Assembly: GCA_963741125.1 (NCBI GenBank)
Contig: CAVUGY010000017.1
Coordinates: 35,786-99,785, forward strand
Reading direction: 5' to 3'
DNA from: an uncultured beta proteobacterium
GTDB lineage: Bacteria; Pseudomonadota; Gammaproteobacteria; Burkholderiales; Burkholderiaceae_C
Length of the DNA stretch: 64,000 nt
This document shows positions 46,346 through 57,179 of the stretch, one piece after another. How positions within the stretch are numbered: position 1 is the stretch's first letter; every line of letters starts with the position of its first letter. The notes under the pieces were generated by a model. The model was not told where the DNA came from. It was given only the letters and a program-made list of their open reading frames with translations, and did no database searches. The position numbers were made by a program, and so were the translations under genes.

Positions 46346-46421
46346 GCCTTCGCACAAGCAGTTCGCCATCGGCTTGGCCCGCTCAGCTCAGACACCCCCG
46401 ACGGGCGGCAGAATCGCGGCC

Positions 46422-47121
46422 ATGTGCAGCAACTACAAAGCCGTCACGCGCCAAGACCGGCTGCTGCAATTCTTCGGTGCGCACCACCCGGACGGCACGG
46501 GCTCGGGCGAGACCTTTCCGCTTGGGCTGGCTCCATTCATCCGCCTGGCCGAGGACGGTTCGGGCCACCGAATCTGCGATGACGGGTTCTTCGGGCTGTT
46601 GCCGCACTTCGCAGCCGAGTTGGCCTACGGCCGGCGCACCTACAACGCGCGCAGCGAAACCGTGGCCAAGCTGCCGAGTTTCCGCGACTCGTGGCGCAAG
46701 GGCCAGCGCTGCATCGTGCCCGCCGAGATCAGTCTATGAGCCCTGTTGGGAGACCGGCAAGGCCGTGCGCTGGGCGATCTACCAGCCGGGTGCCGCGCCG
46801 ATGGGCATCGCCGGCATCTGGTCGTCATGGAAAGATGCTCACGACAAGTGGCACTACTCGTTTGCCATGCTCACGATCAACGCCGACGGGCACCCAGTGT
46901 TCCAGCGCATGCATCGGCCCGGCGAAGAAAAGCGCATGGTCGTGATCCTGCATCCCGACGACTACGGGCGCTGGTTATCGTGCCCGGTGGAAGAGGCCGC
47001 AAGGTTCTTCAAGCGATGGCCCGGCCCGCTCGAGGCAGAGCCAGCGCCGTTGTCGCCGAGAGGCCGCGCGGCGAAGGCGCAGCAAGAGGGTCCGGGCGAC
47101 GAGCCAAACCTGTTCGGCTAG
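46422..47121 (+). CDS. SOS-response-associated peptidase (SRAP/YedK, abasic-site processing); frameshift near 46738
   Basis: N-term MCSNYKAVTRQDRLLQFFGA (catalytic Cys2), ..RTYNARSETVAKLPSFRDSWRKGQRCIVPA..; C-term half in frame 46477: ..WAIYQPGAAPMGIAGIWSSWKD..YSFAMLTINADGHPVFQRMH..RMVVILHPDDYGRWL. Confidence 0.7.
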
Positions 47122-47893
47122 GGGCTCCGGTGGCGACTGCATGTCCGATGCCGTATCGGACTAGCAGTCGCATCAGATCACTGGCGGAGGGAGCGGCGAG
47201 TGCGTCGAATCTGCCAGCGTGGGCAATGCCGATATCAGGGACTACCGTGCCACCGCGCTTTCCGAATGGAGCGTGAACGACTGGCGACGAATCGCTGGCG
47301 TGTCGAGAATTGCCGCAACGTCGCTTCAGCGGTGCAGGAACTCTTCCAGCTGACTCCAACTCAGCGGAGGTCCGCTGAAGCTGGGTTCGTTCGTCAGCGC
47401 TGATAACGATGCCAGATTTCAATCGAGCGACTCGTCCAGCTGGAAGCGCACGGCGTCATGCACCCTGCCAAGCTGACGACGAGTGATACATGATCGTCGA
47501 CCACGTTGTCAGTGCGAATCGAGTAGCCATAACGCCGACAGGTTCGTGAGACTTCGAATCGTCGTTCAGACAGTCTTCGCGCCGCGTCGCCGTCCAGCGT
47601 ACGCACGGCGCCGAGCAGTGCTCGCCTCAAGCCAGCGCAGTGGCACGCTGTTATCGACCCTGGCGCGAGCCATGAAGTTGCTAGGTGCGGCAACGGCGTA
47701 AATCCGCAGATCGGCACGGTGTAGCAAGTCGGTCTGCAGCCTGCCGAGTGCCGTCGTGCAAGACGTCCACGTAACCGACCCGCATCAACGTGCGAATAAG
47801 TGCATGAGCGGTCGAATTGCCGAAAGCAGTTAGACGGTGTCCTTCAAGCAGTTCGCCTAAGTCCCACTACCACAGCGCGCCAAGAACACGTGC

Positions 47894-47981
47894 TGGCGTC
47901 CGGCGGAGGGAGCGGGATTCGAACCCGCGGGGGGCTATTAACCCCCACACGCTTTCCAGGCGTGCGACTTAAACCGCTCAT
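47894..47981 (-). tRNA. tRNA-Ser (anticodon GGA), long variable arm
   Basis: Reverse complement: GGAGGGA-TG-GAT-GAGCGGTTTAA-GTC-G-CACGC-CTGGAAA-GCGTG-TGGGGGTTAATAGCCCCCC (variable stem-loop)-GCGGG-TTCGAAT-CCCGC-TCCCTCC-G. CCA is not encoded. Confidence 0.85.
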
Positions 47982-48041
47982 CCATCCCTCCGCAGGGACT
48001 GCGTGCTCGTCGATCCCTAGTGGGACCTGCACGCGCGAATC

Positions 48042-48421
48042 TTAGCTGACGGTGCTCAGCGAATGCGCCTTCAACACCTCGAGCGCGACGAAGGCCAGCG
48101 CGCGTTCGTGCGTGCATTCCAGCACCACCGGCGGGGCATGGCCTTCGGCCAGGGCTTCGCGCCAGCGCAGCGCGCACACGCACCAGCGGTCGCCGGGTTG
48201 CAGGCCACGAAAGCGCAGCTCGGGCCGCGGCGTGATCAGGTCGTTGCCGCGTTCCATCTGCTGGTTCAGGAAACCCACGGTCATCTTGGCGCAGATCAGG
48301 TGGCTGCCGGCGTCGTGTTCGTCGCTGCGGCAGCAGCCGTCGCGATGGAAGCCGGTCAACGGGTCGAAGGAGCAGGGCACCAGCGCGCCGCCCAGCACGT
48401 TGCGCGCGGGCGGGTTCATTT
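48042..48421 (-). CDS. DUF2237-family protein
   Basis: MNPPARNVLGGALVPCSFDPLTGFHRDGCCRSDEHDAGSHLICAKMTVGFLNQQMERGNDLITP; ~125 aa. Confidence 0.55.
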
Positions 48422-49345
48422 GGCGGCGGTCGGCTGGCCCTTGTTGATGATCGCCATCGCGGTGGCGATCAGCCCCGACACCTCGGTCATGTTGCCGGGC
48501 ACGATCATCGTGTTGTTCTTCTGCGCCAGCTGGGCGTAGGCGTCGACGGCCTTCTCGGCCACCTTCAGCTGCACCGCCTGTTCGCCGCCCGGCTCGCGGA
48601 TGGCCTGCGGCGACCTTGCGGATCGCATCGGCCGTGGCCTCGGCCACCGCGACGATGGCCGCGGCCTCGCCCTGGGCCTTGTTGATCTCGGCCTGCTTCT
48701 CGCCTTCGGAGCGGGCGATGAAGGCCTCGCGCTCGCCGGTGGCGATGTTGATCTGCTCCTGGCGCCGGCCTTCCGAGGCCGCGATCAGCGCGCGCTTTTC
48801 GCGCTCGGCGGTGATCTGCGCCTGCATCGAGTGCAGGATCGCGGCCGGCGGCGTCAGGTCCTTGATCTCGTAGCGCAGCACCTTCACGCCCCAGTTCAGC
48901 GCCGCTTCGTCGAGCGCCTGGACCACCGCGGCGTTGATGAGGTCGCGCTCCTCGAAGGTCTTGTCGAGTTCCATCTTGCCGATCACGCTGCGCAGCGAGG
49001 TCTGCGCCAGCTGGGTGATGGCCACGATGTAGTTGCGACGAGCCGTAGCTGGCGCGCATCGGGTCGGTGACCTGGAAGTACAGGATGCCGTCGACCTGCA
49101 GCTGGGTGTTGTCCTGCGTGATGCAGACCTGGCTCGGCACGTCGAGCGGGATTTCCTTCAGCGAATGCTTGTAGGCCACGCGGTCGATGAAGGGCACCAG
49201 CGAAGTTCAGGCCCGGCGTCAGCGTGCGGTCGTACTTGCCGAGGCGCTCGACCACCCAGGCGTGCTGCTGCGGCACGATCTTGAACGAGCGGGCAGATGA
49301 AGATCGCGGCGATGACCAGCGATGACGATGTAGACGACTTCCATT
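48416..49345 (-). CDS. SPFH/band-7 (stomatin/prohibitin-like, QmcA/YbbK-type) protein; multiply frameshifted
   Basis: N-term MEVVYIVIA..; core pieces MPFIDRVAYKHSLKEIPLDVPSQVCITQDNTQLQVDGILYFQVTDPMRASYG, ..AQTSLRSVIGKMELDKTFEERDLINAAVVQALDEAALNWGVKVLRYEIKDLTPP..ILHSMQAQITAEREKRA..; C-term KAVDAYAQLAQKNNTMIVPGNMTEVSGLIATAMAII in four frames. Confidence 0.6.
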
Positions 49346-49788
49346 GAGGACTCCTTGGCGAATCGGTACGAATCAGTGCTGGCAGGGCGCCGGGCTCGAC
49401 CAGCAGCCAGCTGCCTCGACGGCGCGGATGACATGGCTGCCCGGCTGCGGCGTGCCGCTGCCGGCATGAACGCGCCGCCCAGCTCGCGCCGCGGTAGCTG
49501 CACCCGGGCGTTGCCCTCGGCGCCCCAGGCGGTCACATGCACGCGTCTCGCCGATGTCGAGGTTGACGTCGCGGTTGGCTCGGCCGGCAGGGCCGCGGGC
49601 TGGCGGCTGCGCTTGCAGTGCCAGGCCGCCACCGCGCCGCCGCCCACGACCGCTGCGGCCAGCAACTGGCCGCCGAAGGCCAGGCCCAGATGGGCGGCGA
49701 GCGCGGCCGCCGCCGCGCCGAGCGCCAGCATCAGCAGGTAGAACGTGCCGGTCGCCAGCTCGGCGGCGACCAGCACGCCGGCCGCCAT
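49343..49788 (-). CDS. NfeD-family membrane protein (short YbbJ-type), probably frameshifted
   Basis: MAAGVLVAAELATGTFYLLMLALGAAAAALAAHLGLAFGGQLLAAAVVGGGAVAAW; upstream of and overlapping the SPFH gene as in nfeD-spfh operons. The C-terminal beta-barrel region is not in frame. Confidence 0.45.
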
Positions 49789-49939
49789 CCACCAGAGTGG
49801 TCGACGTCGGCCAATCCATGGCCGTCCTCCGTGGCATGCTCGCTTTGCGCGCAGTGTAGCCAGCGCATGTCGGCGTGCGAATCAGCCCTACACTTCGCGC
49901 TGCTTTCGCATTTCGCCACGCCGGCCGGAGGCTCGCACG

Positions 49940-52245
49940 ATGCAGCGCTTCCACTTCCCGATCGTCATCATCGACGAGGACTTCCGCTCCGAGAACACCT
50001 CGGGCCTGGGCATCCGCGCGCTGGCCGCAGGCGATCGAGAAGGAGGGCTTCGAGGTGCTGGGCGCCACCAGCTACGGCGACCTGATCGCAGTTCGCGCAG
50101 CAGCAAAGCCGCGCCAGCGCCTTCATCCTGTCGATCGACGACGAGGAGTTCACCCCCGGCCCCGAGCTCGACCCGGCGGTGCTGAACCTGCGCAAGTTCA
50201 TCGAGGAGATCCGCTTCAAGAACGCCGACATCCCGATCTACCTGTACGGCGAGACGCGCACCTCGCAGCACCTGCCGAACGACATCCTGCGCGAGCTGCA
50301 CGGCTTCATCCACATGTTCGAGGACACGCCGGAGTTCGTGGCCCGCCACATCATCCGCGAGGCCAAGAGCTACCTCGACGGCGTGGCGCCGCCGTTCTTC
50401 AAGGCGCTGATCGACTACGCGCAGGACGGCTCGTACTCCTGGCACTGCCCGGGCCACTCGCGGCGGCGTGGCCTTCCTGAAGAGCCCGGTCGGGCCAGAT
50501 GTTCCACCAGTTCTTCGGCGAGAACATGCTGCGCGCCGACGTCTGCAACTCGGTCGACGAGCTCGGCCAGCTGCTCGACCACACCGGCCCGGTGGCGGCG
50601 AGCGAGCGCAACGCGGCGCGCATCTTCAACGCCGACCACTGCTTCTTCGTCACCAACGGCACCAGCACCAGCAACAAGATGGTCTGGCACCACACGGTGG
50701 CGCCGGGCGACGTGGTGGTGGTCGACCGCAACTGCCACAAGTCGATCCTGCACGCGATCATCATGACCGGCGCGATGCCGGTGTTCCTGACGCCGACGCG
50801 CAACCACTTCGGCATCATCGGCCCGATCCCGCAGAGCGAGTTCGCGCCCGAGGCGATCCGGCCGAAGATCGCCGCCAACCCGCTGCTGGCCGGCGTCGAC
50901 GCGAGCAAGGTCAAGCCGCGCATCCTGACGCTGACGCAGAGCACCTACGACGGCGTGCTCTACAACACCGAGACCATCAAGGCACATGCTCGACGGCTAC
51001 ATCGACACGCTGCACTTCGACGAAGCCTGGCTGCCGCACGCCGCCTTCCACACGTTCTACGGCAGCTACCACGCGATGGGCAAGAACCGCGCGCGGCCCA
51101 AGGACGCCGCTGGTCTTCGCCACGCAGTCGCACGCACAAGCTGCTGGCCGGCTATCAGCCAGGCCTCGCAGGTGCTGGTGCAGGACTCGCAGAACGCGCA
51201 AGCTCGACCGCCACCTGTTCAACGAGGCCTACCTGATGCACACCTCGACCAGCCCGCAGTACGCGATCATCGCCAGCTGCGACGTGGCCGCGGCGATGAT
51301 GGAGGCGCCCGGCGGCACGGCGCTGGTCGAGGAGAGCATTCGCGAGGCGCTCGACTTCCGCCGCGCGATGCGCAAGGTCGACAAGGAGTACGGCAAGGAC
51401 TGGTGGTTCAAGGTCTGGGGCCCGGACAAGCTGGCCGACGAGGGCATCGGCAAGCGCCGACGACTGGATGCTCGAAGGCCAACGAGAAGTGGCACGGCTT
51501 CGGCGACCTGGCCGACGGCTTCAACATGCTCGACCCGATCAAGAGCACGATCATCACGCCGGGGCTGGACGTGACGCGGCAAGTTCGCCAAGACCGGCAT
51601 CCCGGCAGCCATCGTCACCAAGTTCCTGGCCGAGCACGGCGTGGTGGTCGAGAAGACCGGCCTGTACTCGTTCTTCATCATGTTCACGATCGGCATCACC
51701 AAGGGCCGCTGGAACACGCTGCTGACCGCGCTGCAGCAGTTCAAGGACGACTACGACAAGAACGAGCCGATGTGGCGCATCCTGCCCGAGTTCTGCGCCG
51801 CGCACCCGCAAGCTACGAGCGCATCGGCCTGCGCGACCTGTGCCAGAGCATCCACGAGATGTACGCCAAGGGCGACATCGCGCGGCTGACGACCGAGATG
51901 TACCTGTCGGACCTGCACCCGGCGATGAAGCCGAGCGACGCCTTCGCCCACATCGCGCACCGCAAGACCGAGCGGGTGGACGATCGACGAGCTCGAAGGC
52001 CGCATCACCACCTCGCTGCTGACGCCGTATCCGCCGGGCATTCCGCTGCTGATTCCGGGCGAGCGCTTCAACAAGAAGATCGTCGACTACCTGCGCTTCA
52101 CGCGCGAGTTCAACGCAGCGCTTTCCGGGCTTCGACACCGACGTGCACGGCCTGGTCGAAGACGAGGTGGTAGGCCCCGACGGCAGCCGGCGCTATTACG
52201 TCGATTGCGTTCGCGCCGAGGCCGGCGCCAAGCTTGTGGCCTAAT
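49940..52245 (+). CDS. Large PLP-dependent Orn/Lys/Arg decarboxylase (wing + PLP + C-terminal domains); about 10 frameshifts
   Basis: Wing domain MQRFHFPIVIIDEDFRSENTSGLGIRALA..IEKEGFEVLGATSYGDL; ..IPIYLYGETRTSQHLPNDILRELHGFIHMFEDTPEF..; PLP core ..NADHCFFVTNGTSTSNKMV..VVDRNCHKSILHAIIM.., ..TQSTHKLLAGY.. (PLP Lys context), ..YLMHTSTSPQYAIIAS..; C-term ..LTPYPPGIPLLIPGERFNKKIVDYLRF..YYVDCV. Confidence 0.7.
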
Positions 52246-52283
52246 TCGTGCCTCGATAACTGTTCAAAGCGACCGGAGTTCCC

Positions 52284-52451
52284 ATGGGCAACAAGATCAA
52301 GACCGAAGCCGACCGCAAGGCCACTCCGCGCCCGCCGGCGCCCGTCGGCGTGGTGTTCACCGCCGGCCGCGGGCAAAAGGTCAGCCTGGAGCGCGGCTCG
52401 CACACGCGCAGCAAGAAGAACCCGGGCAAGCGGCCCAAGCGCGGCGGCTGA
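52284..52451 (+). CDS. Small basic hypothetical protein (55 aa, Lys/Arg-rich)
   Basis: MGNKIKTEADRKATPRPPAPVGVVFTAGRGQKVSLERGSHTRSKKNPGKRPKRGG; GGAG RBS 7 nt upstream; missed by the >=60 aa ORF track. Confidence 0.3.
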   Translation: MGNKIKTEADRKATPRPPAPVGVVFTAGRGQKVSLERGSHTRSKKNPGKRPKRGG

Positions 52452-52473
52452 GGCCTCACGTCCCGCGCAGCGC

Positions 52474-54150
52474 ATGCTGCGTATGACCGAGCTGCGCCTG
52501 CCGCTCGGCCATGCCGAGGGCGCGCTGCGGGCGGCCATCGTGGCGCGTCTCGGCATCTCGGGCAGCGAGCTCGCGAAGTTCACCGTCTTCCGGCGCGCCT
52601 ACGACGCGCGCAAGAAAACGGCGATCCAGCTGATCTACACCGTCGACTGCGAACTGGCGGGCGAAGCGGCGCTGCTGGCGCGTCTGGCCGGCGATGCGCA
52701 TGTGCGGCCGGCGCCCGATACGAGCTACCGCTTCATCGGCCATGCGCCGGCCGACTTCTATGCTGGCGAGCGCCTGCGACCCGTTGGTCGTCGGCTTCGG
52801 CCCCTGCGGCCTGTTCGCGGCGCTGATCCTGGCGCAGATGGGCCTGGCGCCCATCGTGCTGGAGCGCGGCAAGGCGGTGCGCGAGCGCACCAACGACACC
52901 TGGGGCCTGTGGCGCCGCGGCGTGCTCGAGCCGGAGTCCAACGTGCAGTTCGGCGAGGGCGGCGCCGGCACGTTCTCGGACGGCAAGCTGTGGAGCCAGA
53001 TCAACGACCCGCGACACCTGACGCGCAAGGTGCTGGCCGAGTTCGTCAAGGCCGGTGCGCCCGAAGAGATTCTGTTCGTCAGCAAGCCGCACATCGGCAC
53101 CTTCCGCCTGGTCGGCATGGTCGAGAAGATGCGCGCCGAGATCGAAACGCTGGGCGGCGAGATCCGCTTCCAGCAACGCGTGGCCGACGTGTTGATCGCG
53201 GCCGGGCACATTCGCGGCGTGCGGCTGGCCTCGGGCGAAGAGTTGCGTGCCGATCATGTCGTGCTGGCGCTGGGCCACAGCGCGCGCGACACCTTCGAGA
53301 TGCTGCATCGCCGCGGTGTGTTCATGCAAGCCAAGCCGTTCTCGATCGGCTTCCGCATCGAGCATCCGCAGGGCCTGATCGACCGTGCGCGCTTCGGCGC
53401 CAGCGCGGGCCATCCGCATGCTCGGCGCGGCCGACTACAAGCTGGTGCACCACGCCGGCAACGGCCGCTCGGTGTACAGCTTTTGCATGTGCCCCGGCGG
53501 CACGGTGGTGGCGGCCACATCGGAAGCCGGCCGCGTGGTGACCAACGGCATGAGCCAGTATTCGCGCAACGAGCGCAACGCCAACGCCGGCATCGTCGTC
53601 GGCATCACGCCGCAGGACTATCGGCAGGACGGCCTGGCCGAGGGCACGGTCAGTCCGCTCGACGGCATCGCCTTCCAGCGCCACTGGGAGTCGCGCGCCT
53701 TCGAGCTCGGCGGCGGCGGCTATCGTGGCGCCCGGGCCAGCTGCTCGGCGACTTCGTCAAGGGCCAGCGCCAGCACAGCGCCTCGGCAACGTGCTGCCCT
53801 CGTACCAGCCGGGTGTGCGGCTGACCGACCTGGCCGAGCCCGGCCATGCCAGCCTGCCCGACTACGCCATCGCCGCGATCCGCGAGGCCCTGCCGGCGTT
53901 CGAGCGCCAGATCAAGGGCTTCGCGATGGCCGATGCGGTGCTGACCGGCGTCGAAACGCGCACCTCGTCGCCGCTGCGCATCACGCGCGGCAAGGATTTC
54001 CAGAGCCTGAACGTCAAGGGCCTGTACCCGGCCGGCGAAGGCGCGGGTTATGCCGGCGGCATCATGTCGGCCGGCGTCGACGGCATCGAGGTCGCCGAGG
54101 CCCTGGCCGCCGAGTTGCTCAGCCCGGTGCGGCCATCATCACCTGGCTGA
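52474..54150 (+). CDS. FAD-dependent oxidoreductase, COG2509 family (uncharacterised NAD(FAD)-utilising dehydrogenase); frameshifted at about 52780, 53420, 53740
   Basis: N-term ..[38 protein letters not shown]; FAD site ..[31 protein letters not shown]..; ..[11 protein letters not shown].., ..[38 protein letters not shown]..; C-term ..[26 protein letters not shown].. Confidence 0.6.
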
Positions 54151-54905
54151 AGCCGCCGTCGACGTAGGTGATCTCGGCGCTGATGCCGGCCGCCAGGTCG
54201 GACAGCAGGAAGGCGGCGACGTTGCCGACGTCGTCGATGGTCACGTTGCGGCGGATCGGCGCGTTGGCCGCGAACTCGGCCTGCATCTTGCCGAAGTCCT
54301 TGATGCCTGAGGCCGCCAGCGTCTTGATCGGCCCGGCCGAGATGCCGTTGACGCGCACGCCCTGCGCGCCCAGGCTCTGCGGCCAGGAAGCGCACGCTGG
54401 CCTCCAGCGAGGCCTTGGCCAGGCCCATGGTGTTGTAGTTGGGCACGCAGCGCACGGCGCCCAGGTAGGTCAGCGTCAGCAGCGCCGCGCCGGGGCGCAG
54501 CCGCGGCAGCGGCGGCCTTGGCCATGGCCGGGAAGCTGTAGGCCGAGATGTCGTGGGCGATGCGGAAGTTCTCGCGCGACAGGCCGTCGAGAAAGTCGCC
54601 GGCGATCGCCTCGCGCGGCGCAAAGCCGATCGCGTGCACGAAGCCGTCGAACTGCGTCCCAGGCCTCGCCGAGGCCGGCGAACAGGCGCTCGATCTGGGC
54701 GTCGTCGGCCACGTCGCAGTCGAACACCAGCTTGGAGCCGAATTCGGCGGCGAACTCGGTGATGCGCTCCTTGAAGCGCTCGCCCTGGTAGCTGAAGGCC
54801 AGTTCCGCGCCCTCGCGGTGGCAGGCGCGGGCGATGCCGTAGGCGATCGAGCGGTTGTACAGCACGCCGGTGATGAGCAGGCGCTTGCCGGTCAGGAATC
54901 CCATG
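54119..54905 (-). CDS. fabI: Enoyl-[acyl-carrier-protein] reductase (NADH), frameshifted at about 54360, 54480, 54640
   Basis: [57 protein letters not shown]..; ..[42 protein letters not shown]..; ..[60 protein letters not shown]. Confidence 0.7.
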
Positions 54906-54969
54906 AGATCGCTCCGAGCTGAGGACAAAACCAGGCGCCGATTCTGGCACGCCCAGACGCGCGCGACTG

Positions 54970-55055
54970 TTGCCGGTACGCCTCTTGCAGAGTACAATCC
55001 ACGTTTCGCTGAAAACCGCCTATGGGCGGATTCTTCCAGCCCATTTTTTTTGCTT
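54970..55055 (+). promoter_or_regulatory. Sigma70-type promoter and attenuator-like leader of the rimP-nusA-infB operon
   Basis: TTGCCG (54970) - 17 nt - TACAAT (54993); leader with overlapping hairpins CCGCCTATGGGCGG and GGGCGGATTCTTCCAGCCC followed by ATTTTTTTT. Confidence 0.4.
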
Positions 55056-55085
55056 GATCGCTTTCGTACCGCTCGATTACCGCGC

Positions 55086-55588
55086 ATGAATTGGCAGGAC
55101 GCCGCCCAACGCACCGTCGCCGGGCTCGGCTACGAGCTCGTGGACGTCGAACGCACGGCGGGCGGCCTGCTGCGCGTCTTCATCGACCGCGTGCCGGGCG
55201 CCTCGTATCCGACCGGCGAGGCCGAGTTCGTCACCGTCGACGACTGCGAAGCCGTGACCCGCCAGCTGCAGTATGTGCTCGAGGTCGAGCAATGCGATTA
55301 CGCGCGGCTCGAGGTCTCGTCGCCCGGCCTGGACCGGCCGCTGCAAGCACGAGGCCGACTACGCGCGCTTTGCCGGGCCACGTGGACCTGACGCTCAAGC
55401 TGCCGCTCCAGGGCCGCAAGAAGTTCGACGGCCTGCTGGCCGCGCGCGAGGGCGGCTGGCGCCTGCAGATGGCGGCCAAGGCCAAGGGCGAGCCAGCCCA
55501 GGCGCTGGACTTTGCTTTCGACGAGGTGCGCGAGGCGCGCCTCGTGCCGGTGGTGGATTTCAAGGGCAGCCAAGTCTGGCAAGGCTGA
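55086..55588 (+). CDS. rimP: Ribosome maturation factor RimP; compensating frameshift pair around 55335-55385
   Basis: [75 protein letters not shown] then out of frame for ~45 nt, resuming ..[33 protein letters not shown]...[12 protein letters not shown]. Confidence 0.75.
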
Positions 55589-55642
55589 CGCAGGCGCGCC
55601 GACGCAGGCGGTCGCTGCGCACGACGGAGAGTGAGAGAAGCA

Positions 55643-57130
55643 ATGAACCGCGAAATGTTGATGCTGGTGGACGCGATCTCGCGCGAGAAGAGCGTCGAGC
55701 GCGAAGTCGTGTTCGGCGCCGTCGAGGCGGCGCTGGCCTCGGCCACCAAGAAGCTGCACGGCGGCGAGGTCGACATCCGCGTCGCGGTCGACCGCGACAC
55801 CGGCGACTACGAGACCTTCCGCCGCTGGCATGTGGTGCCCAACGAGGCCGGCCTGCAGATGCCCGACGCCGAGATCCTGCTGTTCGAGGCCCAGGAGCAG
55901 ATCGCCGACATCGAGGTCGACGACTACATCGAAGAAGCCGGTCGAGTCGGTGTCGATCGGCCGCATCGGCGCGCAGGCGGCCAAGCAGGTGATCCTGCAG
56001 AAGATCCGCGACGCCGAGCGCGAGCAGCTGCTCAACGACTTCATGTCGCGCGGCGAGAAGATCTTCGTCGGCACCGTCAAGCGCCTGGACAAGGGCGACA
56101 TCATCGTCGAGATCGGGCCGCGTCGAAGGGCGCCTGAAGCGCAGCGAGATGATCCCGAAGGAAAACCTGCGCATCGGGCGACCGCGTGCGCGCCTTCATC
56201 ATCGGCAGTCGACCCGACCCTGCGCGGCGCCGCAGATCATGCTGTCGCGCTCGGCGCCGGGCTTCATGATCGAGCTGTTCGCGCCAGGAAGTGCCCGAGA
56301 TCGAGCAGGGCCTGCTCGAGATCAAGAGCTGCGCCCGCGACCCCGGTTCGCGCGCCAAGATCGCGGTGCGTCTCGCACGACAAGCGGGTCGACCCGATCG
56401 GCACCTGCGTCGGCGTGCGCGGCTCGCGCGTCAACGCGGTCACCAACGAGCTCGCCGGCGAGCGCGTCGACATCGTGCTGTGGTCGGAAGACCCGGCGCA
56501 GTTCGTGATCGGCGCGCTGGCGCCGGCCAACGTGCAGTCGATCGTCGTCGACGAGGAGACGCCACGCGATGGACGTGGTGGTCGACGAGGAAAACCTCGC
56601 CATCGCGATCGGCCGCGGCGGCCAGAACGTGCGCCTGGCCTCCGAGCTGACCGGCTGGCGCATCAACATCATGACCGCCGAGGAGTCCAGCGCCAAGCAG
56701 GCGCAGGAGTCCGACTCGGTGCGCAAGCTGTTCGTCGACAAGCTCGACGTCGACGCCGAGGTCGCCGACATCCTGATCGCCGAGGGCTTCACCAGCCTCG
56801 AAGAAGTGGCCTACGTGCCGATGCAGGAGATGCTCGAGATCGAGAGCTTCGACGAAGACACCGTCAACGAGCTGCGCACCCGTGCCAAGGATGCGCTGCT
56901 GACGATGGAGATCGCCACGCGAAGAAAGCGTCGAAGACGTGTCGCAGGATCTGCGCGACCTCGAAGGCCTGACGCCCGAGCTGATCGCCAAGCTCGCCGA
57001 GGGCGGCGTCCACACCCGCGACGACCTGGCCGACCTGGCCGTCGACGAACTGACCGAGATGACCGGCATCGACGACGAGCAGGCCAAGACGTTGATCATG
57101 AAGGCGCGCGAACACTGGTTCACCGCTTGA
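55643..57130 (+). CDS. nusA: Transcription termination/antitermination factor NusA; multiply frameshifted
   Basis: [37 protein letters not shown]..; S1 region ..[22 protein letters not shown]..; KH region ..[17 protein letters not shown].., ..[93 protein letters not shown]; C-term AR repeats ..[33 protein letters not shown]. Confidence 0.85.
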
Positions 57131-57179
57131 CCACTCTGAACATCACCAGCACGCCGCACGCCCACCGAGGACTCGCACA

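Larger units (their letters stand above)
45470..47893. mobile_element. Putative degraded genomic islet at the 3' side of tRNA-Ser(GGA): low-GC accessory DNA
   Basis: The compositional drop (about 52-58% GC vs about 68% background; ctt/ttg/ttt-rich codons) starts right after the hydrolase stop and runs to the tRNA 3' end. It contains a TM+REC-like ORF, an SRAP gene and about 770 bp of non-coding/remnant sequence. No integrase or direct repeat was found. Confidence 0.35.

Noticed and set aside
47009-47717. ORFs 47009..47422 (-) and 47394..47717 (-) in the tRNA-Ser islet as toxin-antitoxin or integrase remnants
   Set aside because: No recognisable catalytic motifs (no R..H..R..Y integrase box, no PIN/RelE signatures). 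The first overlaps the SRAP C-terminus. They were kept only as part of the islet description.
49373-50068. 231-aa minus-strand ORF spanning the NfeD/decarboxylase boundary
   Set aside because: Arg/Ala-rich translation with no motifs. It overlaps the better-supported NfeD N-terminus and the decarboxylase wing domain on the opposite strand.
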